Shown here: in pieces, positions 31,040 to 40,106 of the stretch
Position numbering within the stretch: the first letter of the stretch is position 1
Layout of the letters: every line of letters starts with the position of its first letter
IMG/VR virus record: IMGVR_UViG_3300014039_000012
Location: 96,001-160,000 of that record
Length of the DNA stretch: 64,000 nt
Origin: a virus
Lineage: Duplodnaviria; Caudoviricetes
Reading direction: 5' to 3' (one strand)
The notes under the pieces: generated by a model
Database searches by the model: none
What the model saw: only the letters and a program-made list of their open reading frames with translations
What the model was told of the DNA's origin: nothing
Made by a program: the position numbers and the translations under genes

Positions 31040-31939
31040 ATGACGAGCGGAATTCCAAAATTGGAAGTTTTGATTGGTCTTCCCGGAAGCGGAAAATCAA
31101 CTTATGCAAAAGAAGAGCACGAATTAAACAGTAACTCTATTTATCTCTCTTCCGACAAAATTCGAGAAGAATTGTACGGAGATGAATCGATTCAGGGAAA
31201 TCCTGCAGAAGTATTTACCTTAATGCAGAGTCGTGCGATTGAAGCACTAAAAGAGGGGAAAGATGTCTTTTATGATGCGACCAATTTAACTCGAAAAGAT
31301 CGCGCTGGAATTCTTGCAACAACTCCAAGATATGTCTATAAACAGGCGACCGTGGTTTTTGCTCCGTATGAAATGTGTATTGAAAGAGACGCAGCTCGCG
31401 AACGGTCCGTTGGGAAAGAAGTAATCGATAGGATGATTCGAAGATTTCAACCTCCATTTAATGACGAGGGATTCGATTTCATTGATGTATATCAGAGTTA
31501 TTCTGACGAAGAATATGAACAATTTGTGAAGAAATATGGAAGCCTTTTGGAACGTATGATGATTCTTCACGACAACCCCCATCATTCATTGCCTGTTTGG
31601 AAACACTGCCAAGAGGCAGAACAATACGCGAAAGAGCATTTTGCCGACGATCGTTTGTATGACGAACTCGTATCTGCGGCTCGCCTTCACGATTGCGGGA
31701 AATATATCGTAAAAGATTATCACGATTCGAAAGGAAATCCAAGCGCGTGCGCTCATTATTATCAACATCAGTGTACTTCTGCGTGGCAATGTATGGAAGA
31801 AACGTTCAACGGATTTGTAATTTGGCTCATTGGTGCTCATATGGATCCATTTTTGGACACAAAATACTATCGCAACCTTGATTCGTGGATGAAAAGCGCA
31901 ATCGATAAACTTCACGAAGCAGATGTTGTAGCACATTAA
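31040..31939 (+). CDS. Polynucleotide kinase fused to an HD phosphohydrolase
   Basis: GLPGSGKST, SSDKIR, YDATN, R...R.R.V; HD domain PHH...H...RLHDCGK...H. Confidence 0.85.
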   Translation: MTSGIPKLEVLIGLPGSGKSTYAKEEHELNSNSIYLSSDKIREELYGDESIQGNPAEVFTLMQSRAIEALKEGKDVFYDATNLTRKDRAGILATTPRYVYKQATVVFAPYEMCIERDAARERSVGKEVIDRMIRRFQPPFNDEGFDFIDVYQSYSDEEYEQFVKKYGSLLERMMILHDNPHHSLPVWKHCQEAEQYAKEHFADDRLYDELVSAARLHDCGKYIVKDYHDSKGNPSACAHYYQHQCTSAWQCMEETFNGFVIWLIGAHMDPFLDTKYYRNLDSWMKSAIDKLHEADVVAH

Positions 31940-31950
31940 AAGGAGAATAG

Positions 31951-32193
31951 ATGGTAGATATTTTTTGGGATGAAATTGTTAAAGAAAAAGAAAAATATAT
32001 TATAGTAGATGGATGTTGTTATTATGTTTCAAATAAAATAGTCGGAGGGACAAAGGGGTTTGATGGGAAGCATTTTAAAATCAAAGCACTTGATTCAGAA
32101 AAAATCATCGAAACCGATAATCTTCGATTTTGTGGAGTGATCCCTTCCGAATATCGCGAGAAACTTCCGAATACTGCTAAATTTATCGTTTGA
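31951..32193 (+). CDS. Hypothetical protein
   Basis: RBS; GFDG..F.I...I.TDNL...G.IP phage motif. Confidence 0.55.
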   Translation: MVDIFWDEIVKEKEKYIIVDGCCYYVSNKIVGGTKGFDGKHFKIKALDSEKIIETDNLRFCGVIPSEYREKLPNTAKFIV

Positions 32194-32207
32194 AAAGAGG
32201 GTTTATT

Positions 32208-32492
32208 ATGAAAAAGAGAATAGTTAGGATTGTTGTTTTCGTTCTGCTAATCATATCTCTGTTTATGTTTGGTGGATGTGCTTCTTGCAATCGTAGTCTA
32301 AAAAGTTGTAGTTCTGATATTAGCGGCGGGCTATATCGAACTATCAACGTTTATTCGTTGGACGGCAAGCTGCTTGCCACCTATGAAGGGAAAATCGATA
32401 TTGATGACAACGCGAATGGCTCTGTTATGTTCGATCTTGATGGGAAGCGGTATGTTTATTACAACGCAATTGTAGAAATTATTGAAAAGTAG
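32208..32492 (+). CDS. Putative lipoprotein
   Basis: Basic N-terminus, hydrophobic stretch, FGGC lipobox-like. Confidence 0.6.
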   Translation: MKKRIVRIVVFVLLIISLFMFGGCASCNRSLKSCSSDISGGLYRTINVYSLDGKLLATYEGKIDIDDNANGSVMFDLDGKRYVYYNAIVEIIEK

Positions 32493-32528
32493 TTAATAAT
32501 TTATTAATAATTCAAAGGAGAAATCATT

Positions 32529-32729
32529 ATGTCAAAACTTGTTATTGCGCAGCAAGCACTCGAAGATGCTTTAAGAGCGGTTGAATCGGAACTCCATATT
32601 GTTTGTGATAAAGCTTACGGAGACGATAATTTTGATGAAAAATCGTTTGATAGACTTCGCAAAATCCATCGTTACCTTGAAAAATCCATTAAAATCGCAG
32701 AAGGGAAGAAGAAAAATGTCAAAAAGTGA
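32529..32729 (+). CDS. Hypothetical protein
   Basis: AAAGGAG RBS. Confidence 0.55.
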   Translation: MSKLVIAQQALEDALRAVESELHIVCDKAYGDDNFDEKSFDRLRKIHRYLEKSIKIAEGKKKNVKK

Positions 32730-32913
32730 AGAATTTCTCCAAAAAATTATTACTTGTGGCGCTTTCGCACTTGCGGTTCTTGCTTCGGCGTTGCTTTTAA
32801 TTATTGGTATCAATGTTAAAAATGCGGGAGCTTATATTTCTGGAGGCGTCGTATTAGGTTCTTGTTTGTGTGTTGGAATTAAATGGATTGTCAAACAATT
32901 TAAAGAAATTTAA
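32716..32913 (+). CDS. Small two-TM membrane protein
   Basis: Two hydrophobic segments. Confidence 0.5.
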   Translation: MSKSEEFLQKIITCGAFALAVLASALLLIIGINVKNAGAYISGGVVLGSCLCVGIKWIVKQFKEI

Positions 32914-32957
32914 AAAAATAATTAATAATTTATTAATATTTTAAAGGAGAAAATAAA

Positions 32958-33326
32958 ATGATTACCAGAGAACAGATTGAAAAGATTATTGAAGAGAGAT
33001 ATTCCGATTATCCGAAGCTTCTCGAGACAACAATTCAGAAGATTGATAATAGATTCTTGCTTGGGGCGAGAACTCGTGGAGAAAGAAAGATTGAATATAT
33101 TGTTAGAAACCCCGGTCCGGTTGCGGATCGTTTGCGTAGAGATCTTGCAAATTATTACACTGCTCTCGGGTTTTTTGGAGGACTTGGTGTTGACGCAAAT
33201 GGCAATATCGTAGTAAGTCTTTCGATCGATTCTCCAACACAGGCAGTCCATCCAATTTCAACAGATGTTCCCCCAACACCAGGAGATGCCGATGCTCCCG
33301 CAGAAGTTCCGGAAGAAAATCAGTAA
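32958..33326 (+). CDS. Hypothetical protein
   Basis: AAAGGAG RBS; Pro-rich tail. Confidence 0.6.
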   Translation: MITREQIEKIIEERYSDYPKLLETTIQKIDNRFLLGARTRGERKIEYIVRNPGPVADRLRRDLANYYTALGFFGGLGVDANGNIVVSLSIDSPTQAVHPISTDVPPTPGDADAPAEVPEENQ

Positions 33327-33343
33327 AATTTCAAAGAAATTTC

Positions 33344-33381
33344 CAAAAGCCCTTGACAAATAGGGGCTTTTGTGGTATAAT
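33344..33381 (+). promoter_or_regulatory. sigmaA promoter with -35 inside a hairpin
   Basis: TTGACA 33353-33358, TATAAT 33376-33381. Stem CAAAAGCCCTTG/TAGGGGCTTTTG. Confidence 0.9.
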
Positions 33382-33429
33382 GATATCAGAAGGAAAGAAT
33401 CCTTCAAAATATTCAAAGGAGAATTGATT

Positions 33430-33642
33430 ATGAAAAAGTTTTTTAAGAAAGTCTCCAATTTTATTTCGAAGTTTCGTCTGCCGATTTCGACCGTTGCTAT
33501 CGCAATTGTTGGTGGAATCAGTGGCTTCTTTTTCGACTCCGTGCTTTTCGGAATCAACCCCGTATTCGCGGCGTCGGCAGAGGCGCTTCTTCTGGCGATG
33601 ATTTACGTAGCATTGGAGACAAAGGCACCGAAGCTAAACTAA
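33430..33642 (+). CDS. Small two-TM membrane protein
   Basis: AAAGGAG RBS; two hydrophobic segments. Confidence 0.55.
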   Translation: MKKFFKKVSNFISKFRLPISTVAIAIVGGISGFFFDSVLFGINPVFAASAEALLLAMIYVALETKAPKLN

Positions 33643-33658
33643 TTTTAAGGAGTGTGAT

Positions 33659-34300
33659 TTGTTAGTGGAAAATCTAGGCATTGTTATTCCAAAAAGCGTG
33701 GAGAATCTTCAGCTTCCGGACCCAGACCTTCTTCATCAGTATGAGGACGAGGAAGCGAGAAGAATTTATCTCGAAGGAACAATTGGAACAGAAGACGATC
33801 CGATGAATGATAATTCTATCGGAATTGTCAAGAGAATTCTCCGGTACAACCGCGAGGACAAAGGACTTTCTCTCGAAGAAAGAAAACCAATTATGCTTTA
33901 TATCGACAGCCCCGGTGGCGACGTAACAGGTGCTCTCGTATTATGCCACATTATTATGATGTCAAAAACACCGGTCTATACCGTAAATATGTGTGCTTGC
34001 TTCAGTGCTTCGGGAGTTATTCTTGCTTGTGGGCACAAGAGATTCGCATTGAAGGGTTCTTCGGTTCTGATTCACAGTGGTTCAACCTATCTTGGCGGAA
34101 CGCGCGAACAAGCAGATTCAGCAAAGAAGTTCGTCGATAAGTCGGACAAAAAGTTCAACGATATTCTCTTCAAGAAGACAAAGATTGATCAGAAGACCTA
34201 TCGTTCGAAAGCTCCGAAAGACTGGTTTCTTGATGATGAAGAGTGCTTGAAGTACGGGGTTATTGACGAAATTGTTGAAAACATCGACACAATTCTCTAA
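33659..34300 (+). CDS. clpP: ClpP-like protease proteolytic subunit
   Basis: IMLYIDSPGGDV, catalytic-like FSAS, LIHS, KDWF...LKYGVIDEI. Confidence 0.85.
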   Translation: MLVENLGIVIPKSVENLQLPDPDLLHQYEDEEARRIYLEGTIGTEDDPMNDNSIGIVKRILRYNREDKGLSLEERKPIMLYIDSPGGDVTGALVLCHIIMMSKTPVYTVNMCACFSASGVILACGHKRFALKGSSVLIHSGSTYLGGTREQADSAKKFVDKSDKKFNDILFKKTKIDQKTYRSKAPKDWFLDDEECLKYGVIDEIVENIDTIL

Positions 34301-34385
34301 TCTTTTGTTCAAAATTACTAAAAAATAAACCACTTGGTTGCGGAGGGCGGTTCTTCCGCTCTCCGTTTCAGAAAGGACTTCTTAT

Positions 34386-35816
34386 ATGGGAAAGAAATCC
34401 AAAAACAAAATTAACATCAAGTTTTGTGGTGGAAATGCGTGGGACGTAACTGGTTCAATGACATATATCGAAACTCCAAACAGACGAATTTTGTTGGAGT
34501 GTGGTTTATGGCAATCGACCGGAAGTACTCTCGAGAACTGGAAAATCAATTCGAGAAAATTTGATTTTAAACCAAATAAACTTGATTACGTGTTTTCCTG
34601 CGACCGCCATATCGACCATACGGGATTGATTCCTCGGCTTTATGCTTCTGGAGCAACCTGCCCAATTATTGCTCCTCGCGGATCTAAACCAATCGCAGAA
34701 ATCTTAATGCGAGATAGCGCAAGAATCATTGCAGGAGATGCCGCCTCTCTTTCGGAAAAACTTGGACGTGAATATATTCCATTTTACCTTGACTCGGATG
34801 TCGATACGGCTCTTGGATATTGGACAGAATACGATGACGAAATTGTTACGCTTGATGAATTCGTAAAATTCAGATTCAGCCCTTCTGGACATATTCCTTT
34901 TGCGAGACAACTCGAATTATGGATTACGGAAGGAAATGTTACAAAAAAGATTGTTTACACTTCCGACCTCGGAAATATTCATCTCTCAAAGCCTTACACA
35001 AAACCGTTCAAGTCGGTTTTCGGACAGAGAGCAGATATTGTTATTGCCGAATCGACTTATGCGCACGAAGAAAAGATCGCCAACAAGAAGATGCGTAAAA
35101 AAGATATCGAAAAGCTTCGAATGGTAATTGAACAAACGTGCGTAGAAAAAGGTCGTAGAATTTTGATTCCGAGTTTCGCACTTGCGAGAACACAGGAAAT
35201 TGTCACAATCATTTATGATATGTTTGCCAATGAAGAATTTGATATCCCGGTATATATCGATTCTCCGATGGCTCAAAAAATCAGTAGTGCTTATTGTGAT
35301 ATTCTCGAAGGTGACGCGCTTGAAAAGTGGAAGTCGGTTCTTGCTTGGAAAAATCTTCATTTTGTTGGAGATTATATCGAAAGTAGAGAAATTCGCGATT
35401 CGGGAAAGCCCTGCATCGTAATTGCCTCTTCTGGATTTATGGTCGCAGGACGGTCGGTTGCTTGGTGCGCAAGTCTTCTCCCGCACGTCGATGATAGAGT
35501 CGTAACAATCGGTTATGCGCCTCCTGGTTCAATGGCTTATACAATCAAGCAGGGCGAACAGAAGACGATTTCAGTGGCAGGAAAGCGATATGCCAACCGT
35601 TGTCAGATTACCAATCTTGGTAGCTTCTCATCGCATATTCAGCGTGATTCAATTGTTACTCTTTATGGGAAGATTAACGCAGAAAAGCTTTTCTTGGTTC
35701 ACGGAGATATGGACGGCAGAATTTCGGTAAAACCAGAAATCGAAGCCGAACTTTCTAAAAATAATCTTTCTACAAAAGTTGTCATTGTTCAGAAAAATAT
35801 GGAGGTCGGGCTATAA
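34386..35816 (+). CDS. Metallo-beta-lactamase/beta-CASP ribonuclease
   Basis: VTGS, (D)RHIDHTG, SGHI, YTSDLG, AESTY, IPSFALARTQE, DSPMA, ASSG...GR, FSSH, LVHGD. Confidence 0.85.
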   Translation: MGKKSKNKINIKFCGGNAWDVTGSMTYIETPNRRILLECGLWQSTGSTLENWKINSRKFDFKPNKLDYVFSCDRHIDHTGLIPRLYASGATCPIIAPRGSKPIAEILMRDSARIIAGDAASLSEKLGREYIPFYLDSDVDTALGYWTEYDDEIVTLDEFVKFRFSPSGHIPFARQLELWITEGNVTKKIVYTSDLGNIHLSKPYTKPFKSVFGQRADIVIAESTYAHEEKIANKKMRKKDIEKLRMVIEQTCVEKGRRILIPSFALARTQEIVTIIYDMFANEEFDIPVYIDSPMAQKISSAYCDILEGDALEKWKSVLAWKNLHFVGDYIESREIRDSGKPCIVIASSGFMVAGRSVAWCASLLPHVDDRVVTIGYAPPGSMAYTIKQGEQKTISVAGKRYANRCQITNLGSFSSHIQRDSIVTLYGKINAEKLFLVHGDMDGRISVKPEIEAELSKNNLSTKVVIVQKNMEVGL

Positions 35817-36169
35817 TGGGCAGAAGAAAGAAATCAGAAATTGAAGCAGAAAACGCTCCGCAATCCAATCTCCTTGTTTGCCCGATTTGCGGGAAAGAAT
35901 TCAAGCCGACAGAAGATACTTATTGTTGGGTTCGAGAAGGGCTTTATGAATACAAACAAGTTTGTTCGTGGGCTTGTTTCAAAAAGAGAGTCGACGAAAC
36001 CCCTGCTAATTATAGCGTAACTGGAAAGGCAAAACCAACGAAAAAGAATGCGGTAAAAATTGATTTATCAAAAAGCGAAGAAATAACAGAACCGAAAGTG
36101 GAAGATATTAACGAAGCAATAGAAGAAACGAATATGGAGGAAATCGAAAATGCGGAAGTATATGAATGA
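35816..36169 (+). CDS. Zn-finger hypothetical protein
   Basis: CPICGKEF...CSWAC. Confidence 0.55.
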   Translation: MGRRKKSEIEAENAPQSNLLVCPICGKEFKPTEDTYCWVREGLYEYKQVCSWACFKKRVDETPANYSVTGKAKPTKKNAVKIDLSKSEEITEPKVEDINEAIEETNMEEIENAEVYE

Positions 36170-36380
36170 TTATTGTGAAGGAATTGGAAGCTATGAAATT
36201 GCTTACGGGGCAAGATATAGTAAGAACGAGAGCCGTCCGTGTTGTTGTTCGAGATGCGGCAAGGAGATTTCGCAGTTTTCCACCGAACAGAGTTTCATTG
36301 ATTTTGGCGAGAACTTGTGCGACGATTGTTATATCGACGAACTGGCAGTTCTTGGTCTTATGAAACGCCGCAATGGGTAA
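36162..36380 (+). CDS. Small Zn-finger protein
   Basis: CSRCG...LCDDC. Confidence 0.45.
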   Translation: MNDYCEGIGSYEIAYGARYSKNESRPCCCSRCGKEISQFSTEQSFIDFGENLCDDCYIDELAVLGLMKRRNG

Positions 36381-36558
36381 TCTCTAAAAGTGTTGAAATA
36401 ATCAAAATTTTTTGTATATATTGCACAAAATATATTTTAGTTAATTAAAGTATATTATATATTATACCGAAAAATTTGATAATAAAAGGGCTCTTTTATT
36501 CACACTTTTCGCGGCTTTCTAAATTTTTCTTTCATTATATATATTATTATGGATTGAG

Positions 36559-36942
36559 GTGATTATTTTGGATTCTCTCGCAACAAAAGTTAAACTTACT
36601 GATCACGCAAGACAGCGGATTTACGAACGCTTCGGAAATCTTTCCGACAGAGAGCTTTCAGACCTTGTCAGGAACGCCCGCCTTAAAGGGCAGACGACTG
36701 CTACGATGAGTCAAGACCATTACGAGTACGGGCTCTACAAACGCATCTTCAGGCGCGAAAGCGGGTCTCGAACAATTCGCCTATACAAAGACGCTTACTT
36801 CGTTTTTGTCAGCGGAAGCAAGGCTGGCGGATGCAAATTGTTGGTAACCGTAATCCTATACGAATCAGATTGGCGGGAGAAACGAACTGCCTCAATCAGT
36901 AAATCAAAAGTAAAGAAAGAAGAAGAAATTTCAGATGATTAA
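36559..36942 (+). CDS. Hypothetical protein (DUF4258/RelE-like fold possible)
   Basis: LTDHARQRIYER...LLVTVI. Confidence 0.45.
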   Translation: MIILDSLATKVKLTDHARQRIYERFGNLSDRELSDLVRNARLKGQTTATMSQDHYEYGLYKRIFRRESGSRTIRLYKDAYFVFVSGSKAGGCKLLVTVILYESDWREKRTASISKSKVKKEEEISDD

Positions 36943-37324
36943 TCAGACAATTCTTAATTCGACATCGACTGATTCTACTCCGTTTTCTAATTCTCCAAAA
37001 TTCAATAATGGTGAAGAATATTGGTACATTCGCACAAACGATACCACAAGTTGCGTAATTGGTTTCGGCAAATTAACCAATCAGATTAACAAGGTTAAAA
37101 GTGCGATTAATCTTAAAAGTGCCTACAATTCGCAGTTCGAGAAGATTTTCGTTTTTGAAAATTCGTTCGAAAAGGTTTATGTCTATTCTCCGAGCCGAGT
37201 ATTTTCGAATCTCGAAACGCTTATCAAAACCGTTCGAGGAAATTATCGAGATATTAGCTTCGCGGTTTCTGCGGTTATAGAAATTCAAAAGAAAGGAGTG
37301 AACGTCGCTGGATTTTTCAATTAA
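36935..37324 (+). CDS. Hypothetical protein
   Basis: Coupled ORF. Confidence 0.5.
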   Translation: MINQTILNSTSTDSTPFSNSPKFNNGEEYWYIRTNDTTSCVIGFGKLTNQINKVKSAINLKSAYNSQFEKIFVFENSFEKVYVYSPSRVFSNLETLIKTVRGNYRDISFAVSAVIEIQKKGVNVAGFFN

Positions 37325-37483
37325 AACGTTGCCAGACGGCACGAAAGAACTTTATGTTGATGGAGAACTTCGAGCGCGAGGAACACAAGAAGAGATTCTT
37401 CCAATAATGCGTCTTTTTACTAACAAAGAAGCAATGGATAAAGTTTCCGACAAAGAAGAGTAAATTAAATAATGTTTAAAAAC

Positions 37484-37516
37484 AAAAAAAGATCCGATTT
37501 TTTCGGGTCTTTTTTT
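37484..37516 (+). terminator. Intrinsic terminator
   Basis: GATCCGA/TCGGGTC stem flanked by A7 and T7. Confidence 0.75.
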
Positions 37517-37526
37517 AAAAAAGGGC

Positions 37527-37555
37527 TTGACAAACGGGGAAAAATGTGGTATAAT
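37527..37555 (+). promoter_or_regulatory. sigmaA promoter (no hairpin)
   Basis: TTGACA 37527-37532, 17 bp, TG-G-TATAAT 37550-37555. Confidence 0.9.
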
Positions 37556-37586
37556 AGTATCAGAAAACGAAACAGAGGAACAAACA

Positions 37587-38891
37587 ATGATTGTCAAATC
37601 TTATATGATTCCCGAAGAAAATATCGGATCTTTTGAAAAGAAATTCCTTTCCGCCGCACACAAGATTCGGAAAATCAATCCGAAACTCGAACCGACAATG
37701 ACAAAGAGCGATCATACAATCGTTCTTATGCGCAAAATCGAACTTCGTCCTTGCGATTGTCGTTCTGAAGCAATCTTCAAAGAAGTCCCCTACGAAGCTC
37801 GCAGAGTCGAGTTGAAGATTCCAGACGAGGTTGTTTTCGCAGAAAATGATTGGGCTTTCGGCGGGACAATTGAATCGAGCAGTGTTGAAGGCAAGAATTT
37901 CGTTAATACCAACCTTTCAGGCAAAGACCTTGGTTATATCGTTCCCTCTAAATATTTCTCTTCGAATCCCTGTTATTGCGATTATTGCAAGACCAATCGC
38001 AAGCGCACAAAGACTTATCTCGTTTTTAATCAAGGCACGGGGGAGTGGAAACAGCTCGGCAGAGAGTGTTTGAAGCTTTTCGTAACCGGAATTGATGTTG
38101 ATGCGATCGCAACTTTCGAATCTTTCATCAAAGAAGCGGAAGATATGGCAAATCCGTCTGACGAGTTCTTCTACGATCGTCGAGCAAGATTCGTAGAAGT
38201 TCAGAGAGCGCTGGAACTTGCACAGGCGGCAACGCAAATGTTTGGGTTTGTGGCAACAAGAGACAACGAAGGAAATCGCAACATCTTTTCGACAAAAAAC
38301 ATCGTTCAAGCGAAGATCTTGAAAGAAATGGGTTGTTCGAGCGACCTGCTGAACATCGATAGGTCTAACAGAGAGAAAATCGATCTCGCCGTCGCGAAGC
38401 TCAACTGCTATTCGGTGTGGGCAGAAGAGCGTATTTCAGATGAAGTTGTTGCCCTCCTTAAATCGGTTGAATGCCTTCCGGACGAATCCTACTACAACAA
38501 TTTGAAGACAATCGCCGCAAATGATTACATTCCGCTCGATAAACTTGGTCTTCTTGTTTCGATTCCGAAGGCAGTTGCCCGTTATCAGGAAACTCTAAAA
38601 ATGCAAGAAGAGAAAGAAAGACTTGCAAAATTATCCAATTATCTCGGCGAGGTAGGAGAAAAAATTGAAGTTGATTTTGTCTCCGGAAAACAGGTTGCTT
38701 GTTGTGAAACACAGTTCGGAATTCTCCACATTTACGAATTCAAAGACGCGAATGGAAACGTAATTGTTTGGAAGAGTGGCTCTGGAAAAGAGATTCCCGA
38801 GAGCGGAAAAATTTCTGGAACAGTAAAAGCGCACGACGAATACAACGGGATTAAACAGACGGTTATTTTGAGAGCAAAAATTACAGCGTAA
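37587..38891 (+). CDS. Conserved phage protein with Zn site and C-terminal OB-like domain
   Basis: CDYC...R.R...Q.GRECL; C-terminal YLGEVGEKIE...GTVKAH.EYNG.KQT...R.K. Confidence 0.6.
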   Translation: MIVKSYMIPEENIGSFEKKFLSAAHKIRKINPKLEPTMTKSDHTIVLMRKIELRPCDCRSEAIFKEVPYEARRVELKIPDEVVFAENDWAFGGTIESSSVEGKNFVNTNLSGKDLGYIVPSKYFSSNPCYCDYCKTNRKRTKTYLVFNQGTGEWKQLGRECLKLFVTGIDVDAIATFESFIKEAEDMANPSDEFFYDRRARFVEVQRALELAQAATQMFGFVATRDNEGNRNIFSTKNIVQAKILKEMGCSSDLLNIDRSNREKIDLAVAKLNCYSVWAEERISDEVVALLKSVECLPDESYYNNLKTIAANDYIPLDKLGLLVSIPKAVARYQETLKMQEEKERLAKLSNYLGEVGEKIEVDFVSGKQVACCETQFGILHIYEFKDANGNVIVWKSGSGKEIPESGKISGTVKAHDEYNGIKQTVILRAKITA

Positions 38892-38910
38892 AAAATGGAG
38901 GAAGAAGAAA

Positions 38911-39219
38911 ATGAGAAGTGCTAAAATTAAAGTTGGAGATACCGTTAATTATACCAAAAATACAGACTTTGGACCGGGAAAAGTTGTGAAAATTATACAA
39001 AAAAGAGTACCAGTTCGCAATCATATCGAGACAGTTGGAACTCTTTACGTAGTCGAACTGCCCGAACCGTTTAATGAAGGTCACGATGGCGGATGGTTTC
39101 CAATGTGGCCAGATGACCTTGTTTTTGGAGACAAGGGTCGCGATGGAGGATGTGTTTTGACAACCGAAGAGTTCCTTGAACAGCTTTCGGAGCTTAGCGA
39201 CGATATGTCGGGAATGTGA
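38911..39219 (+). CDS. Hypothetical SH3-like protein
   Basis: IKVGDTV; GGAGG RBS. Confidence 0.5.
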   Translation: MRSAKIKVGDTVNYTKNTDFGPGKVVKIIQKRVPVRNHIETVGTLYVVELPEPFNEGHDGGWFPMWPDDLVFGDKGRDGGCVLTTEEFLEQLSELSDDMSGM

Positions 39220-39226
39220 GGAGATT

Positions 39227-39370
39227 ATGATTATTGCGTGTATTATTGGAGGGTTCGCAATCATTTCGACGGCACTTTTGATTGTTTGTTGTGTTCATTC
39301 TGGCAATATTTCTCGGCAAGAAGAAGAAAAAATCAAAGATTTAGCAAAAGAAGAATTGGATAAAAAATGA
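39227..39370 (+). CDS. Small membrane protein
   Basis: GAGGAG RBS; hydrophobic N-terminus. Confidence 0.45.
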   Translation: MIIACIIGGFAIISTALLIVCCVHSGNISRQEEEKIKDLAKEELDKK

Positions 39371-39409
39371 ATAATTATACACAAAATCTTGCAAAATTGG
39401 AGGGAGATT

Positions 39410-39934
39410 ATGAGCAAGAAACAGTATCTCGATATGCCGCTTAGCAAAACAGGGCGTCTTGGTTTCGATAGAATTTTAGAGATTTACGAAGATGGAGTCA
39501 TTCAGAAGAGATTTCGTTATAGAAATCCGGACCAGTTTGAACTCGTATTAAAATACGAAGACGAAGGATATAGAGAAGCCGCTTCTCATTCGGAAGTGCG
39601 CAGAGCAAGAAAAGAACTTTTTCGGCTTTCGCAAAAGGAACTTTTCAGACCAGATCAAAAGGAGGATGATGTCATTATGTATTGCCCCAAGTGCGCAAAT
39701 CCGATGATTACCAAAGGAGAAACAGGTTCTCGAAGATGTTATTGTTGCAATTGCGGTTCAATGTTTATCGAGACTTATGATGCCGAAGCAATTCATCAAA
39801 GGTCTTGGAAGTTTGTTCAAACAACAGGAAATAATGCCATTCGTGGTTATCTTGAACTCGAACAGCAAGCCGAAAAAGAAGCAAGAAACAGCATAGAAAC
39901 GCAGGATTTTATCCCGGATCGCAAAAAGGAATAA
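39410..39934 (+). CDS. Zn-ribbon hypothetical protein
   Basis: CPKC...CCNCG. Confidence 0.55.
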   Translation: MSKKQYLDMPLSKTGRLGFDRILEIYEDGVIQKRFRYRNPDQFELVLKYEDEGYREAASHSEVRRARKELFRLSQKELFRPDQKEDDVIMYCPKCANPMITKGETGSRRCYCCNCGSMFIETYDAEAIHQRSWKFVQTTGNNAIRGYLELEQQAEKEARNSIETQDFIPDRKKE

Positions 39935-40106
39935 TTCGGGCAATTCAAACAATACCTTTCAGAGTCTTATTTTATCTATCTCCGTGGACAATGTTTCAAA
40001 GGGTAGTAACTATACCAGAAAACAATTCAAATTTTTCTACAAGATAAATAACAAAGAAAATCAAGCGCAGAATCGATTCCAAAGCAATTAGAAAGGAAAA
40101 CACAAA

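Noticed and set aside
33659-34300. ClpP as a prohead protease marking a structural module
   Set aside because: No portal, terminase or capsid genes are nearby; the context is metabolic/regulatory.
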